This document shows, piece after piece, positions 24,673 through 37,195 of a stretch of DNA of 64,000 nucleotides. The stretch lies in assembly GCF_026210795.1 (NCBI RefSeq), contig NC_089431.1, forward strand, positions 1,798,001-1,862,000, given 5' to 3'. The position numbers were made by a program, and so were the translations under genes. Every line of letters starts with the position of its first letter. Positions within the stretch are counted from its first letter, which is position 1. The DNA is from Rhizophagus irregularis (lineage: Eukaryota). The notes under the pieces are model-generated. The model saw only the letters and a list, made by a program, of their open reading frames with translations, had not been told where the DNA came from and made no database searches.

Positions 24673-27600
24673 ATGTCGAATAATAAAGTATTATGTATAT
24701 GTTCCAAATGTAAAAAAAAAGGATCAGATAATATTGGTAAATATGTGCATCCTACTACCAAATGGAGACATATTAAAAATGCAAAAAAGAATTATAATTT
24801 TAGCGACAACGATGATGATAGCGACGACGACGATAGCGATAATGATGATAATAATAATAATAATAACGATCATGAGGACGATAATAACGATAACGATAAT
24901 GATGATAATAATAATGACCACGACAAAGACCACGATGACGATAACGATCACGATGACGACCACGATAATGATGGCGATAATGATGATAATAATAACGACT
25001 ACGACGATAATAATCATGATGATAATGATGTAGAATATAAACAGTAAGTATTAAGGAGAATATTTCTGTTATTCGTTAACTAATAATGATTATTAAATGT
25101 TTTATATTATATTTTAATTGTAATGATGATAGGAGGAATGAATTTGATAATAGATCTTCAAGATCTCCTACTCCCGTTCTCATGGTAATTGATGATGATT
25201 GCTATGATGACAATCAAGAACACCATGACAATCGTGACAATTCTGATGAAAAAACAGAATCATCCACTGCAACTGAATCTGAATCTTATGAAAGTTTATA
25301 TGATTCTTTTGATGATAATAATACGTTTGAAGTATTACAAAAAGGACTATATAGTAGCGATAATGAATCATCTGATGACGGTATTAATTTAACAGAAGGT
25401 AATATACGCAATATTTATTTATTTATTTAAAATTATTTATTATTAATGCAAATACATATTATTTGTAGGGTCTAATATTGTAGGGTCTAATATTAATAGT
25501 ATTAATGATGAAGTTGCTAGAGGTTTACGTCTTCTTGAAGTAAAAACTCGACGAAATATTACTGATGCAGCCTTTAAAGAAATTGTTACTGCAGCTAGTG
25601 GTAATTTTACAAGTCAATATACACTAATAAAAACACTTAAAAATATAGTTCCTATTAAACCAATTTGGGTTGATATGTGCATAAATTCATGCTGCGCTTT
25701 TACTGGTAATTTGGAAACATTAAATAAATGTACCTATTGTAAAGCTGAACGTTATCAAGAAGGAGGACGACCAAGAGCACAAGTAGCATATTTTTCAATT
25801 CAGAATCGATTTAAAATTCAATATCAAGATCCAACACGCGCAAAACAATTACGTTATCGTTCTGAATATATTACCAGAGAAGATAATGGTGCTATTGGCG
25901 ATGTATTTGACGGCTCACAATATAAATATCTATCCCAAGAGGGATATTTTCAAGACGATCGTGATATTGCACTTTTAGGTTCTGTTGACGGTTATCAACT
26001 ATTCAAACAAAAATGTGATGATTGTTGGATAGTTTTATTTATTAATGCTAATTTGCCACCCCATCAACGTGTAAAAAAAGAAAATTTACTTATTACTTCA
26101 ATCATCCCGGGTCCTAAAGCTCCAAAAAATTTTAATTCTTTTATGAAACCAATAGTTGAAGAATTATGCTTATTAAATGGTAATTTTAATTACATACATT
26201 ATGATAAAACTTAATGATAAAAAAAAAATATATTAAAAATAATTGTAAATTTGTAAATTTGTAGATGGTGTTGAATGCTATGATGGTGCTACGAATGAGA
26301 ATTTCCTCTTAAAAGTTACGGTACTTTCCTGGTCTGGAGATACTCCCGGATTGTCAAAACTTGCTTGCTTAACTGGACATAATTCATACATGGCATGTCG
26401 TTACTGTGATCTTCGTGGGATATATAATAATCATGTATATTATCCTACAACACCACCACCATCAATTGAAACATATAAAACTTATAATCCATCAGATTTA
26501 CCAAAAAGAACTCATAGAGATTATATGATAAGAATTGAACAAATAACGACAATACCGCCATCAAGAACACGCGATACATTAATTTCTGATTTAGGTAAAT
26601 AATAAATCTATTGCAACATAATTTTTTTTACTATAAAATTAATAATTATTATTTTGAAATAGGTGTTACAGGACGTAGTGTTTTATTAGAAATAGAAACA
26701 ACTCGATTTCCTACATGTTTTCCAATAGATATTATGCATTTGTTTTATGAAAACATCGCATTATATATGTTAAAACATTGGATGGGTTGTTTTTTTAAAG
26801 ATTCTATTCTTAATGATCAGCCATATGTAATTAACAACAAACAATGGACTGAGATTGGGATTGAAATGGAAACCGTAAGAAAATCCATTCCAACTGATTT
26901 TGGTCGACCACCACGAAATATCTTACATCACCATAATGGTTACAAAGCAGAGGAGTGGGCTTCATGGATAACCTTATATTCTTTACCTTTATTAAAAGAT
27001 CGTTTGCCGGCAAATTATCTTAAAGGTTGGTCCTTTTTTGTTAAAGCTGTTCAGCTTTGTCAAAAACGAGTATTATCTTTACATGATCAAGAAGAAATAA
27101 GGAAATTATTATTGCTATTTTATCAACATTATGAACGGTATATATATTACAACATTTATTTTATTTATTGAATTATTGTTCTTTTATTAAAATAATATTA
27201 TTTTTAGTTATTATTATCAGTTTTTGGCTGCCCGACTAAGTGTAATGAAAGTATGCTTTCATTATATTTTACATGTTGCTGATAGTATTCAGGATACTGG
27301 ACCATGTTGGTCAACATGGCAGTTTCCTATGGAACGTACTTGTGGAATGTTACAACCGCTAGCAAAATCACGCCTCCATCCATATAAAAATCTAACAAAC
27401 AATGTATATTTGTTAGAATTATTTAATAATTTGTGTTATTTTAGAAAATTTTATGACCAGATCTTTCCTCCTATATCTGATAAAAAATATAAAGAGCACT
27501 TGGTTTATACAAATGAGAATTATGAAGAAGAATTTCAATGGCCTTCTAAACCATATACTCTTACATTCCAAGAAGTTAAAAAAATAAAAGATCATTTATG

Positions 27601-28203
27601 TGTAATAGATGATCGTGCATCAGAAATGCGATTAAATGTATGTATTATTTTATTTTATGTTATTTTATTTTCAATTTTAAAATTAAATATTGACTAATAT
27701 TTACATTTTTTACATTTTTTAGGATTTTGAAACCAACGGAACAAAATTTGGTCGTTTAATAACTTCCGATGGTCGAGTAATTGGGTCAGAATGGATACGT
27801 AGAAATAAAGACTGGGCACGAATTAATTACACTGTTTTGGTTAGTATTTAATGCAATATAATCATTTATTAATTTTGTAAGTTTTATTTAATAATTTTCA
27901 TTTTAGACCCGTTTAGAAATTGACAAATGGGCTCACTTACCAAGTGCAATCCCAGAATTCGTAACTAAATCATTTTACGCCCAGGTTAATTATTATTTTT
28001 TATACGGGTATATGGATCAGAAAATAATGCTAGCGAACGTAACATGGACAAATGAAGTTAATGAAGATTCATTAGGTACAACTTCCTTTGTAGGTGATGG
28101 TTCTACACAATTTATTGATGTTACTGCAATCAATAGATGTGTAGGTTTTATGAAATTGGGACGTAAAACATATATTATTGATAAGGAATGTATGGAAGAA
28201 TAG
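24673..28203 (+). CDS. CACTA/EnSpm (Tnp2/Transposase_21-like) DDE transposase, 8 exons, 998 aa, apparently intact
   Basis: Exons 24673-25043, 25133-25398, 25469-26179, 26265-26594, 26663-27137, 27208-27637, 27723-27839, 27907-28203 sum to 2997 nt with no internal stop. Motifs DMCINSC, DVFDG, SVDGYQ, IIPGPKAP, SGDTPG, DIMH, YKAEEW, H..LH, GP....WQFPMER. Confidence 0.92.
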
Positions 28204-28794
28204 AAATAAACAATTTAATTAAAAATTGTCAAATAATCTGAAATTGTATTACGCGCGATGTGTATGTCGGATTTCTTAAATAAAACTTTCTTAAATAAAA
28301 CTGTAGGGAAAATTCTTATTAGTTCTTTTTGTATTGTAAATTTTATAACGCCCTATATTATACGTAATTTCAATCTAATAAAATTAGAAATAAACGTCTG
28401 CCTTACTTGCCGTTAAAATCTGAATAAGTATTTGCAATAGTTCTCAAATAAGTATAGAATTCTTTACCGATATCTGGACTAATAACAGACGTATTTATTA
28501 TAACAGACTGCATAGACGACGTATTGTAATGTATTATAATAACGTTTATAAATAAAATTGTTTATAGTTAAATATAACAATTAGGCAGGCATTCATTTGG
28601 CCAATTTAGCCTTTATAATAAAAATCGCGTTAATATTATAGCAATGATAATAATATAAAAATTTTTTTTATTAAAATGAATAATATTAATTAATTAATTA
28701 TTAAAACGTTAATATATACTAAGAAATAAGCAATAATTATAATAATATGAAATTAATTAATTAACATCAAGCCTCGCAATTTAATTAACATTAA

Positions 28795-29625
28795 TTAATC
28801 ATCGTCGATTTCCCAAATTGCGAGGCTTGCGAGGCTTGATTGAGAACCTCCTTCTTCTTCCTCAAATATTTGAACCACTTCCTGTTCCTGATCCTGCTGC
28901 TGCTGTTGCTGTTGCCTTTGTTGATCCTGCTGTTGCTGTTGCTGTTGCCTTTGTAATTTTTGATCCTGATCCTCCTGATTCTGATCTTGATCCTGCTGCT
29001 GTTGTTGTTGGCTAAGTAATTTTTTTTGATCCTGATCTTGATCCTGATTCTGATCCCGATCCCGATCCCGATACTGCCGATTCTGATCCCGCTGCTGTTG
29101 CTGTTGTTGTGTTTGTGACCGTTGCCGTTGCAATTGTGTTTGTGACCGTTGGAATTGCAATCCTAAAAATATTATTTAGAATTTAATATTATTTAGAATT
29201 TAAAAAAGAAATTAAAACACTTTACAAGATGATTCAAAAGTTAATACTTGGTTTTTTCCAAAACTTATTTCTGAATTCTAAATAATATCTTTCCCCGTTT
29301 CTTATTATTTTTCCCCTCGGATCCTTAATAATAGATAATTCCATACTCTAAAGATTATAAATTAGTAAATTAGCCTACATTTGAAGAGATAATGACAATA
29401 TTGTATAATATTATATTGAATATTTACCCGGCAATCCTTTACAATACCATGGAATTTTTCGCTCGCTTGACGTCCAGTATAAACTGTTTTGAATCTTTGG
29501 TTGATTTTTCCAGCGGTTGAGATCCACCAAGCTCGCTTGCAATTACCACCGCCAAGCGAGTGGTAATGTGCATTACCTTCTTTCCTTTCATCGATGAGCA
29601 TTCTTACTTCGTCGTCGGTCCACAT
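28795..29625 (-). CDS. Transposon passenger gene B: Myb/SANT (trihelix-like) DNA-binding domain + Gln/Asp-rich tail, ~221 aa
   Basis: WTDDEVRMLI...WW..TAGKIN.....TGRQ..EKF motif; exons 29625-29428, 29347-29248, 29162-28795 in phase (666 nt). Confidence 0.75.
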
Positions 29626-29897
29626 AATGTTAATTGAAATTGAAATATTTTTTTTTTTTTGAAGAAAAAAAAATTTTGAATTAATTTTTTTTAAAAAAAA
29701 AATGTAAAATGGAAACGAATGAATTTGATTTAATTTTTTTTTTCATAAATTAAATAATACTTACGTTTTAATGATGTAATAAATATCAATAAATTAAAAA
29801 AAGTCTAATAAATAATATTACTTATTAATGATGTAATGAATTACTACGCTGATTGATCAAATTGAATTACTTATGTTTATGTGTAATTCTGCAATTT

Positions 29898-30016
29898 TAC
29901 CCGCGACTCACCCGTGACTCACCCGCAATAATATAATACTTATAATATACTGAACACCGCGACTCACCCGCGACTCACCCGCGACTCACCCGTGACTCAC
30001 CCCGTGACTCACTCGC
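29898..30016. repeat. GC-rich 11-bp repeats (ACTCACCCG(C/T)G) between divergent passenger genes B and C
   Basis: About 8 copies in two clusters in otherwise very AT-rich DNA. Confidence 0.8.
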
Positions 30017-30831
30017 AACATTACTAAACACTTTATAACCATCTCTCTATAAAAAAAATTACACAAATTTGAACCTTTTTATCAATTGAAAAAAAGAATT
30101 TAATCACTTATTACTTTATCAACAGCGGCCTCAATTTCGAATGGTATGTGATTACAAAATGATGATCTAATACTCAACAGCGGCCGCCTCAATTCAAATA
30201 TATTCGAATGGTATGTGATAACAAAATGATGAATTTACCTTAAGTGCTCGCTAGACATTTCAATGATTTTGGTTTAGTTTTTAACAAAATGTAATACTTC
30301 ATAACTAAATGTACAAGCATTTGACCTGACCACTGGTCTACCATTATTTTTTTGCGTCATTGATTTTTTAAATGCGCCATTTATTATTTTTGCGCTACTA
30401 TTTATTTCACAATTGGATTTCTTATATGACCGATATGCAAAATTGCATGTGATATTTTAATAAACGTTTTGCACTATATGTGTATTCTGCAGTTAGCCCA
30501 TTATTTTATTTATATGGTTAAATTTATAATACTAGATTATCAATTATTACGCCAAAATTCTAAAAAATACTATGTACGTATATATATATAATGGAATATT
30601 CCTTAATTTAGAAATTTACCATGATTTTAAAATTTTTTCCGTACAAAAAAAATTTTTTTCCATGATTTTTTACTAAAAAAAAAATTCCCCTAATTCCATG
30701 ATTTTTAATTTTTTTTTACCTCCTTAAAAAAAAAAATAAAATAAAATAAAATGGATTTTATTTCAAGTCTCTCACCTTTCTCGCGTCTCTCACCTTCTTC
30801 GTATCTCTCACCTCGCTTCTAATTCTAAAAA

Positions 30832-30846
30832 ATGAATACCAATAAT

Positions 30847-30919
<73 letters not shown>

Positions 30920-31806
30920 TTCTATTTGCTCATCAAACAACAATGCAGGAGTTTAAAGAAGGAACTAACTCTATTCATAAAACGACGCTTAACGCGCTTA
31001 TTAATAACTTGCAGTAAGTAAAATAATTAATAAAAGAAATAAATAAAGTAAAAAAATAGATAAATAAATAAATAAATAAAAGAAAAATCTTTAATTATAA
31101 TCTTATAATCTTAAAATACATTTTTTGTTTTTTTGACGACTTGTAATAAACAGACCACCAGTATTTGGAAGTGGGAGAACTTCTACGTTTAGTTCGTTCG
31201 GAGTACCTTCGTTTGGAGCACCCTCGTTCGGAGTGCCTTCGTTTGGAGCACCCTCGTTCGGAGTACCTTCGCCTTCGTTTGGAGCACCCTCGTTCGGAGT
31301 ACCCTCGTTCGGAGTACCTTCGTTCGGAGTATCCTCGTTCGGAATTGGTAATAAAATTAATAAAATTTTTTTTTATATATATATATATTTAACTTTAAAA
31401 CAACTTCTATTATATTATTATAGCTGCGGCAAGAGCAGCAACAATAGCAGCAACGACCACAGCAGCAACAACAACACCAACACCAACCGCACCAACAACA
31501 ACAAGTGCACTAATACTAGCTGCACCAACACTACCAACCACATCAACAACCACATCAACAACCGCATCAACAACCGCATCAACAACACCACCAATACCAA
31601 CCGCATTAACAACTACATCAACAACCGCATTAACAACCGCATCAACAACCGCATCAACAACACCACCAATACCAACCGCATTAACAACTACTGCTGCATC
31701 AACCGCAACAACAGCAGCTATTGCAACAACAACAATAGCAGCAGCAACAACAACAACATATCACCAGTCATCAATTCCATCATACTGGCCTTTACAGCAG
31801 CAGCAG

Positions 31807-31853
<47 letters not shown>

Positions 31854-31857
31854 GCGG

Positions 31858-31919
<62 letters not shown>

Positions 31920-32247
31920 GCAGCAGCAACGGCAACGGCAGCAGCAACGGCCAACGGCAGCAGCAACGCCAGCAGCGTATGCAGCGCCGACAGCGCGAAT
32001 GTTTTGAATCAACGGGTAATAAAATTTATTAATTTAATGTAAAAGTAAATTTTATAAATTATTTAATAATAAAATTTTTAAATTAATAAAAATAGGAGCT
32101 GTTTGCTATTATTGTAATGATAATCATTACATCTTCGCTTGTACTCAAATACCGAAAGAGTACAAAGGCCGTTGCGTTAATTGCTGGGCGGACGATCATA
32201 TGGTTATGAGTTGTAATAATGTTAAAATAAGAGAGCCTTGGCTCTAA
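30832..32247 (+). CDS. Transposon passenger gene C: poly-Asn, 11 FG (8 PSFG) repeats, Thr/Ala-rich linker, polyQ, two CCHC zinc knuckles (~372 aa if the single extra C at ~31951 is removed)
   Basis: Exons 30832-31013, 31154-31347, 31424-32015, 32096-32247; last exon reads GAVCYYCNDNHYIFAC...CVNCWADDHMVMSC...EPWL*. Confidence 0.72.
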
Positions 32248-32339
32248 ATTTTTTAATTTTTTAACTTTTTTCTAATCTTTTTAATTTTTTAAGTTAGATT
32301 AAAAATTATTTTCTGAATCATGTTATGTTCTCGAACATT

Positions 32340-32560
32340 TTTCCGATTGGGGTCGGATAATAAAAGATTAATTAAAATATTCGATTGGGGTCGAATATTT
32401 TTCTTTTTCCGATTGGGGTCGGATATTAATCTTTTAAAAAATGTTCGATTACTATTTTTTTTTGTCCGATCGATTGGGGTCGAATTAATTTTTGATTACT
32501 ATTTTTTTTTGTCCGAGTCGGATTAATTTTTTTAAAAAACGTTCGATTGGGGTCGAACCA
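32340..32560. repeat. Dispersed (T/C)CGATTGGGGTCG repeats (~5-7 copies) downstream of gene C
   Basis: Read directly from the sequence. Confidence 0.75.
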
Positions 32561-34472
32561 ATATAATAAAAAAAAATTTTTTTATAAAATTATATATTTA
32601 TTTTCATATATATTATTTTTAATATTTTTTATTTATTTTTAATATTTTTTATTTATTAATATTATTAATTCGCAATTCGTAAAAAAAGTAAACATGAAAA
32701 AATTTACATTACATTTATATAATGATCGGTAGGAATAGTAGTGATAATAAAATGCGTTAATATTCGTTAATACCAATAATTAAATGCGTTAATACTAAGA
32801 ATCTCTAATCGTTTTAGATCTAAACATGAATAACGACGATACTTGATGTAAAACTTGTTTCTATTAGTTAGTAAATAGTATGTACATGAGAGGTAACAGC
32901 AATCCGAAAGGCGCGTTACTTTATAAACTGGTAAACTTTATAGAATAAAATAACAGCTAAAGGAAACGAAAATAATGAGATATTACTAAGGTATACAAGG
33001 TATAGGTATCATGTATCATTCAGCGATATTAAAACAGCACCAAGTTATGTATGATAAGTTTATACGAAGTTTATATCAACGACGAAGTTTAATTTTCTAG
33101 ATCTTTTATTAAAAATTGGAATAATAATGAATTTCTAAGTATTTTTCTATTTATTATTTTATTTAAGAATTTTTTTTATAATAAAACTTGCTTAGTAATA
33201 CAGTATATAATAAAATCAATAAAATCAATAAAATAAGTTTCATATTGCATAAAAAATTTTTTTATTTAATTAAATTTTTTTATTTAATTAATTATATTAA
33301 TACAGTATATTTATTATAAAAGATTATTAAGGAAAGGTAAAAAAATTAAGTAAATTTAGAATGTGACGAAGGTGGATAAGGAAATAACGCGAGCGTGATG
33401 GTAGTTGCAGATGGTATGTGTATATGGTGGCGGCGGCGGTTATTGTGGTGGAGGAGGAAGTAATTGTAGTAAAGGAAGTGATCGAAAAAGTAATTATAGA
33501 GACGGAAAAGGTGATCGTGATGAAGCGATTATTGTGATGTTTGCAGATATTTTCGGTTTTACTATAATATAAAAACTTGATACACGATTATAATATGGTT
33601 GAATTACGGTTAAATGGGTTAAATGATATTAAATGTATATTATAGAAACGCGGTTCTGTTATAATAAAATAACTTGATCGCTAATATTATTATAAATTAT
33701 AAGTTAATTTAAAATAAATACATTGTAGGTAAACAGTCATATATATTACTTTTTAAATACATTCACAATTCACAATTAAAGTAAAATGATCTCCCATCGT
33801 ACAATTGTAACGATTGTACTAAAATAAACGTATATTTCGTATATTTTCAAATATTGTACAATAATCGCACAATTTTTATATCCTAAACTTTTATTGCACA
33901 AAAGTTGAACGTTTTCTGTATACTTAATTTAAGTTTATTTTCAATTGTACAAAGATCGCACATTTTCAATACACTATAAAATCGACATGGCCATTTTTAT
34001 CCAAAAAACTGCAATAATTGTATGATTTCCGCACGGACTTGAACAAATATTGCACAAAAATTGGATGATCTTTTTTCATAGGGATGTGATATACGTGTAT
34101 TATTGGATGTAATATTTAAGACACAAGTTGAATCTGTTCAGATTTTAAAGCCAGTTTCGAATATTTTTTAATTAACATATAATAAATATTAAGGTTTACG
34201 ATTTTTGATCAATGATCCTATTCAAAATGACTTTTTTAATACCTTTTGAGTAGCGTCTCCAATATGTAGATATGGCATGATACTGATTTAATAGCTAAAG
34301 TTAACTCTCTCATCTCAAAATCTGGTGTAATAAAGTGGCATGTGATACCAAGAAATCCTAGCTTATTGCAAGAAGTCCAAAGGTCGCAGGTTGGTGAAAC
34401 TGAATTTGAATTTTCATGGATATATTGCTTTCAAAGTTTCATTTAATGCATTAATAAAACGATGGAGGAGAT

Positions 34473-34617
34473 CCTCTATAAAAAAATTTTATCCATTATT
34501 TCTATTTCTGTAAAAACTCCGTAAAATGATCCTTTCACCGTTTCACGTATCCATTCACGGAAAATGTAAATTATTCAATAAATTCCGTGATATAAGGTTA
34601 TTACTTTTTTTATAGGG
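34473..34617 (-). mobile_element. MITE family A copy, internally deleted
   Basis: Shares ATCCATTCACGGAAAATGTAA...TTCCGTGATATAAGG core; ends TTTTTTATAGGG. Confidence 0.75.
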
Positions 34618-35863
34618 AGATAAAGCGATTAAAAATCTAAAATAAGCCATTCAAAGAGAGGTGCTTCCAAATATTTTTGTCGATCTTGTTGTGGAGGTAA
34701 ATCTGATATATTTGGTATGAAGGTTAAAATATCATCCGAACTGCGAAACGAACGTTTTAAAGATGATGTAGCTGTTAAAGGTATAAAATGTTCATAAATT
34801 TTATGCTTTCATACATACCGGTTAAATAATATTGCCAATTGAACCTGATGTTTCAACTTTTGCAGCACAAAGTTTACCCTAATGTTTGATTACGCCCAAA
34901 TACAAATTTTTTTTGGATCTGTTGAATGATTTTTTTCTTTGCTCCGATTATATATTCAACTGTAGAGTTTCAAACCTCTATTGTTTTTGACTTGAACCTT
35001 TATTTAATTTCCTAGTCTTTCAAATAAGTTTATGTTAAGCTTCAACATTTCTTCAGTAACTATTCGCATCCGGTAATAGCCGATTCCTAGATATTTTTGG
35101 CGTTTAGTCAAAACCGCTCTAGTTCAACTGAAGAAAATTTTGGGTCTGTGAACCGATTATGTGTCGATCTTCAAGTCTTTTTCTGGAATATTATCATTCT
35201 ACACAGTGAATGTTCTTTTGAAATTCTATAAGTTAACATATTTGGAAGTGATATACTCTAGAATTTGTTAATAAGTCTTCCTTTTGGAAGTGTTTCTGCA
35301 TAAAGTTTTGCACGTTGATCATTATATTTATATATTTAGTCTAGAATAATCTTGGCAGATCCGGTTAATCGGTTAAAATTATCCGGAATACAATGTAGGA
35401 TAATCCGAATTAATTTTAGGATATTATTCGTTCAAGAAAAGTTCTATTCGCTGAACACAACATCAACTAATTACACTTGATTTTGTATTCATAAAATTCA
35501 TAAATGATTTTCCAAATTAATACAAACAAAGAAGATTGAAATTCTATAACAGGAATGGTGCTTGGCATTGAACACACGGAAATATACTCCAATCCGCCAT
35601 TTTGTACCCTAGTATAATTATTGTTTAGCTACCAATTCGTAGTTTTGTACCGTCTAACACTACATTTTATCTCGGATCTTAAAAGTGAGGGACGTTTGAA
35701 AGAATGTTTCAAGAATGTGACACGTGCGTAAAGACAAATATGTATATAGAAATCATCATGTGATAACATTTTTTGATTCTATTATAAAAGCAGCAGATAA
35801 TTTAACGAATTTTATCACTATTGAATTTTGAAATTTCAACTTGATAAGTAATATATAACAATA

Positions 35864-36865
35864 ATGTCAGACGAAAATTGCCAGGAATTTCTTTTCGTAG
35901 AGGCTTGCTTTTCGATCTTCCCTATTAAATCAGAAAGATTACGACTTTTTGACATGTTTAATTTTGAATTGAAGAAATATATTCCTTATATCGTTATCAC
36001 TATAATACTCATAACCGCAATGATTCCAATTAAAAAATTTAGAGATTTTAGGAAAATAATCTTTAATTTCTTAATATTATTTAATATGTTAGTTTTTCCA
36101 TGTATGTTCTTTTATGCGATGGAAGGTCTCAGCGGTACGACAATAACGTTTATAATTTCAAGTTGTTTAGTAACAGTGATCTTAGTGGCACCGTTAATTT
36201 ATAAAAAATATAAGGGTTTACCAATAAATGAAAAAACAACAACTTTTATACTCCTGCTGGTACTAGTTTTAGGAATACTTGCATTATTTATTTTTAATAT
36301 TGTACTACTTTACAAATCGGAAGGTCCCAGCGCTACATTCATCATCTTGATAGCATCAACCTGTATAATGGTAGTAATCGCTATGGCGGTATTGATTTAC
36401 AATTGCCAATTCCTATCAAACACTGTAAGAATGATCGTTTTAGGAGTTTCAATTCTAATATTAGTCTTGTCGGTGCTTGGTTTATTTGGTTTATCTATTT
36501 ATTCCATAGTAATGGTTATCAAGTCTTTAAAATTTAAATTCAAAATTAAGTTAAATTTAAACGCATATTTATTTATTAATTACGTGTTAGGAATTATAAT
36601 TCTTTTTTTACATAACAACATAATTGGACCTATATTATTTTATCTTGTAAGTGGAATAGATTTCTACATTATTTATTATTTATTAACAGAATTTGTCAAC
36701 CCAATTTCACTTTTATTATTCTGGGCAAGTTTGTGGTATATATTTTTTGGTATTTATACTGCTATTGAAAGTTTTATCGCAGGAAAAAAAGATATAATTA
36801 AAGAAAATCCTGATAGTAATGACATGTTAGATGATATGATTACTGTTAGTTTCACCGAGAATTAG
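35864..36865 (+). CDS. Multi-pass membrane protein of unknown function, 333 aa
   Basis: Open single-exon ORF with about 9 long hydrophobic segments separated by short charged loops. Confidence 0.7.
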   Translation: MSDENCQEFLFVEACFSIFPIKSERLRLFDMFNFELKKYIPYIVITIILITAMIPIKKFRDFRKIIFNFLILFNMLVFPCMFFYAMEGLSGTTITFIISSCLVTVILVAPLIYKKYKGLPINEKTTTFILLLVLVLGILALFIFNIVLLYKSEGPSATFIILIASTCIMVVIAMAVLIYNCQFLSNTVRMIVLGVSILILVLSVLGLFGLSIYSIVMVIKSLKFKFKIKLNLNAYLFINYVLGIIILFLHNNIIGPILFYLVSGIDFYIIYYLLTEFVNPISLLLFWASLWYIFFGIYTAIESFIAGKKDIIKENPDSNDMLDDMITVSFTEN

Positions 36866-37195
36866 TAGCTTAGAATATTTTAACAAAAAGTATAGTGAAT
36901 TTTGGTAGATACTAGAAAGATAAAATATATAGTTAGAAAATTTTCGATTATATAAATAGTCCGAGTATCTCTTCAATTTTATATATCATAATTTTAATTA
37001 AAGATAGTAAAAATTTCATTTTATTAATATCAATACTGTTAAAAATATTGTATATAATGTAATTTTTTACGAAATATAAAGTAAACGAAATATATAAAAT
37101 AAAAAATTAATAAATTAGCATCGAGTTATTTACAAATAACACGGTAATAACACGGTAATAGTTTTTTTTTTTGACATTTAGTATGTCTAAGAACA

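Larger units (their letters stand above)
20167..34083 (+). mobile_element. 13.9-kb autonomous CACTA/EnSpm (CMC) DNA transposon with passenger genes
   Basis: Perfect 14-bp TIR CCCTATGAAAAAAG / CTTTTTTCATAGGG; 3-bp TSD ATG; internal Tnp2-type transposase; subterminal repeat arrays. Confidence 0.92.

Noticed and set aside
24608..25033. Ile/Met/Thr-rich ORFs overlapping transposase exon 1
   Set aside because: Alternative frames of the GAT/AAT low-complexity tract
30751..30822. Alternative start for gene C
   Set aside because: Stops after 23 codons; at most a uORF
31233..32042. 269-aa ORF (N-rich/poly-AT) and antisense poly-Cys or poly-Leu ORFs
   Set aside because: The ORF reads through an AT-rich intron; the spliced model explains the region better, and the antisense ORFs are microsatellite shadows
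33360..33570. Pro-rich minus-strand exon in the right arm of the CACTA element
   Set aside because: Interrupted by stops; no consistent gene model
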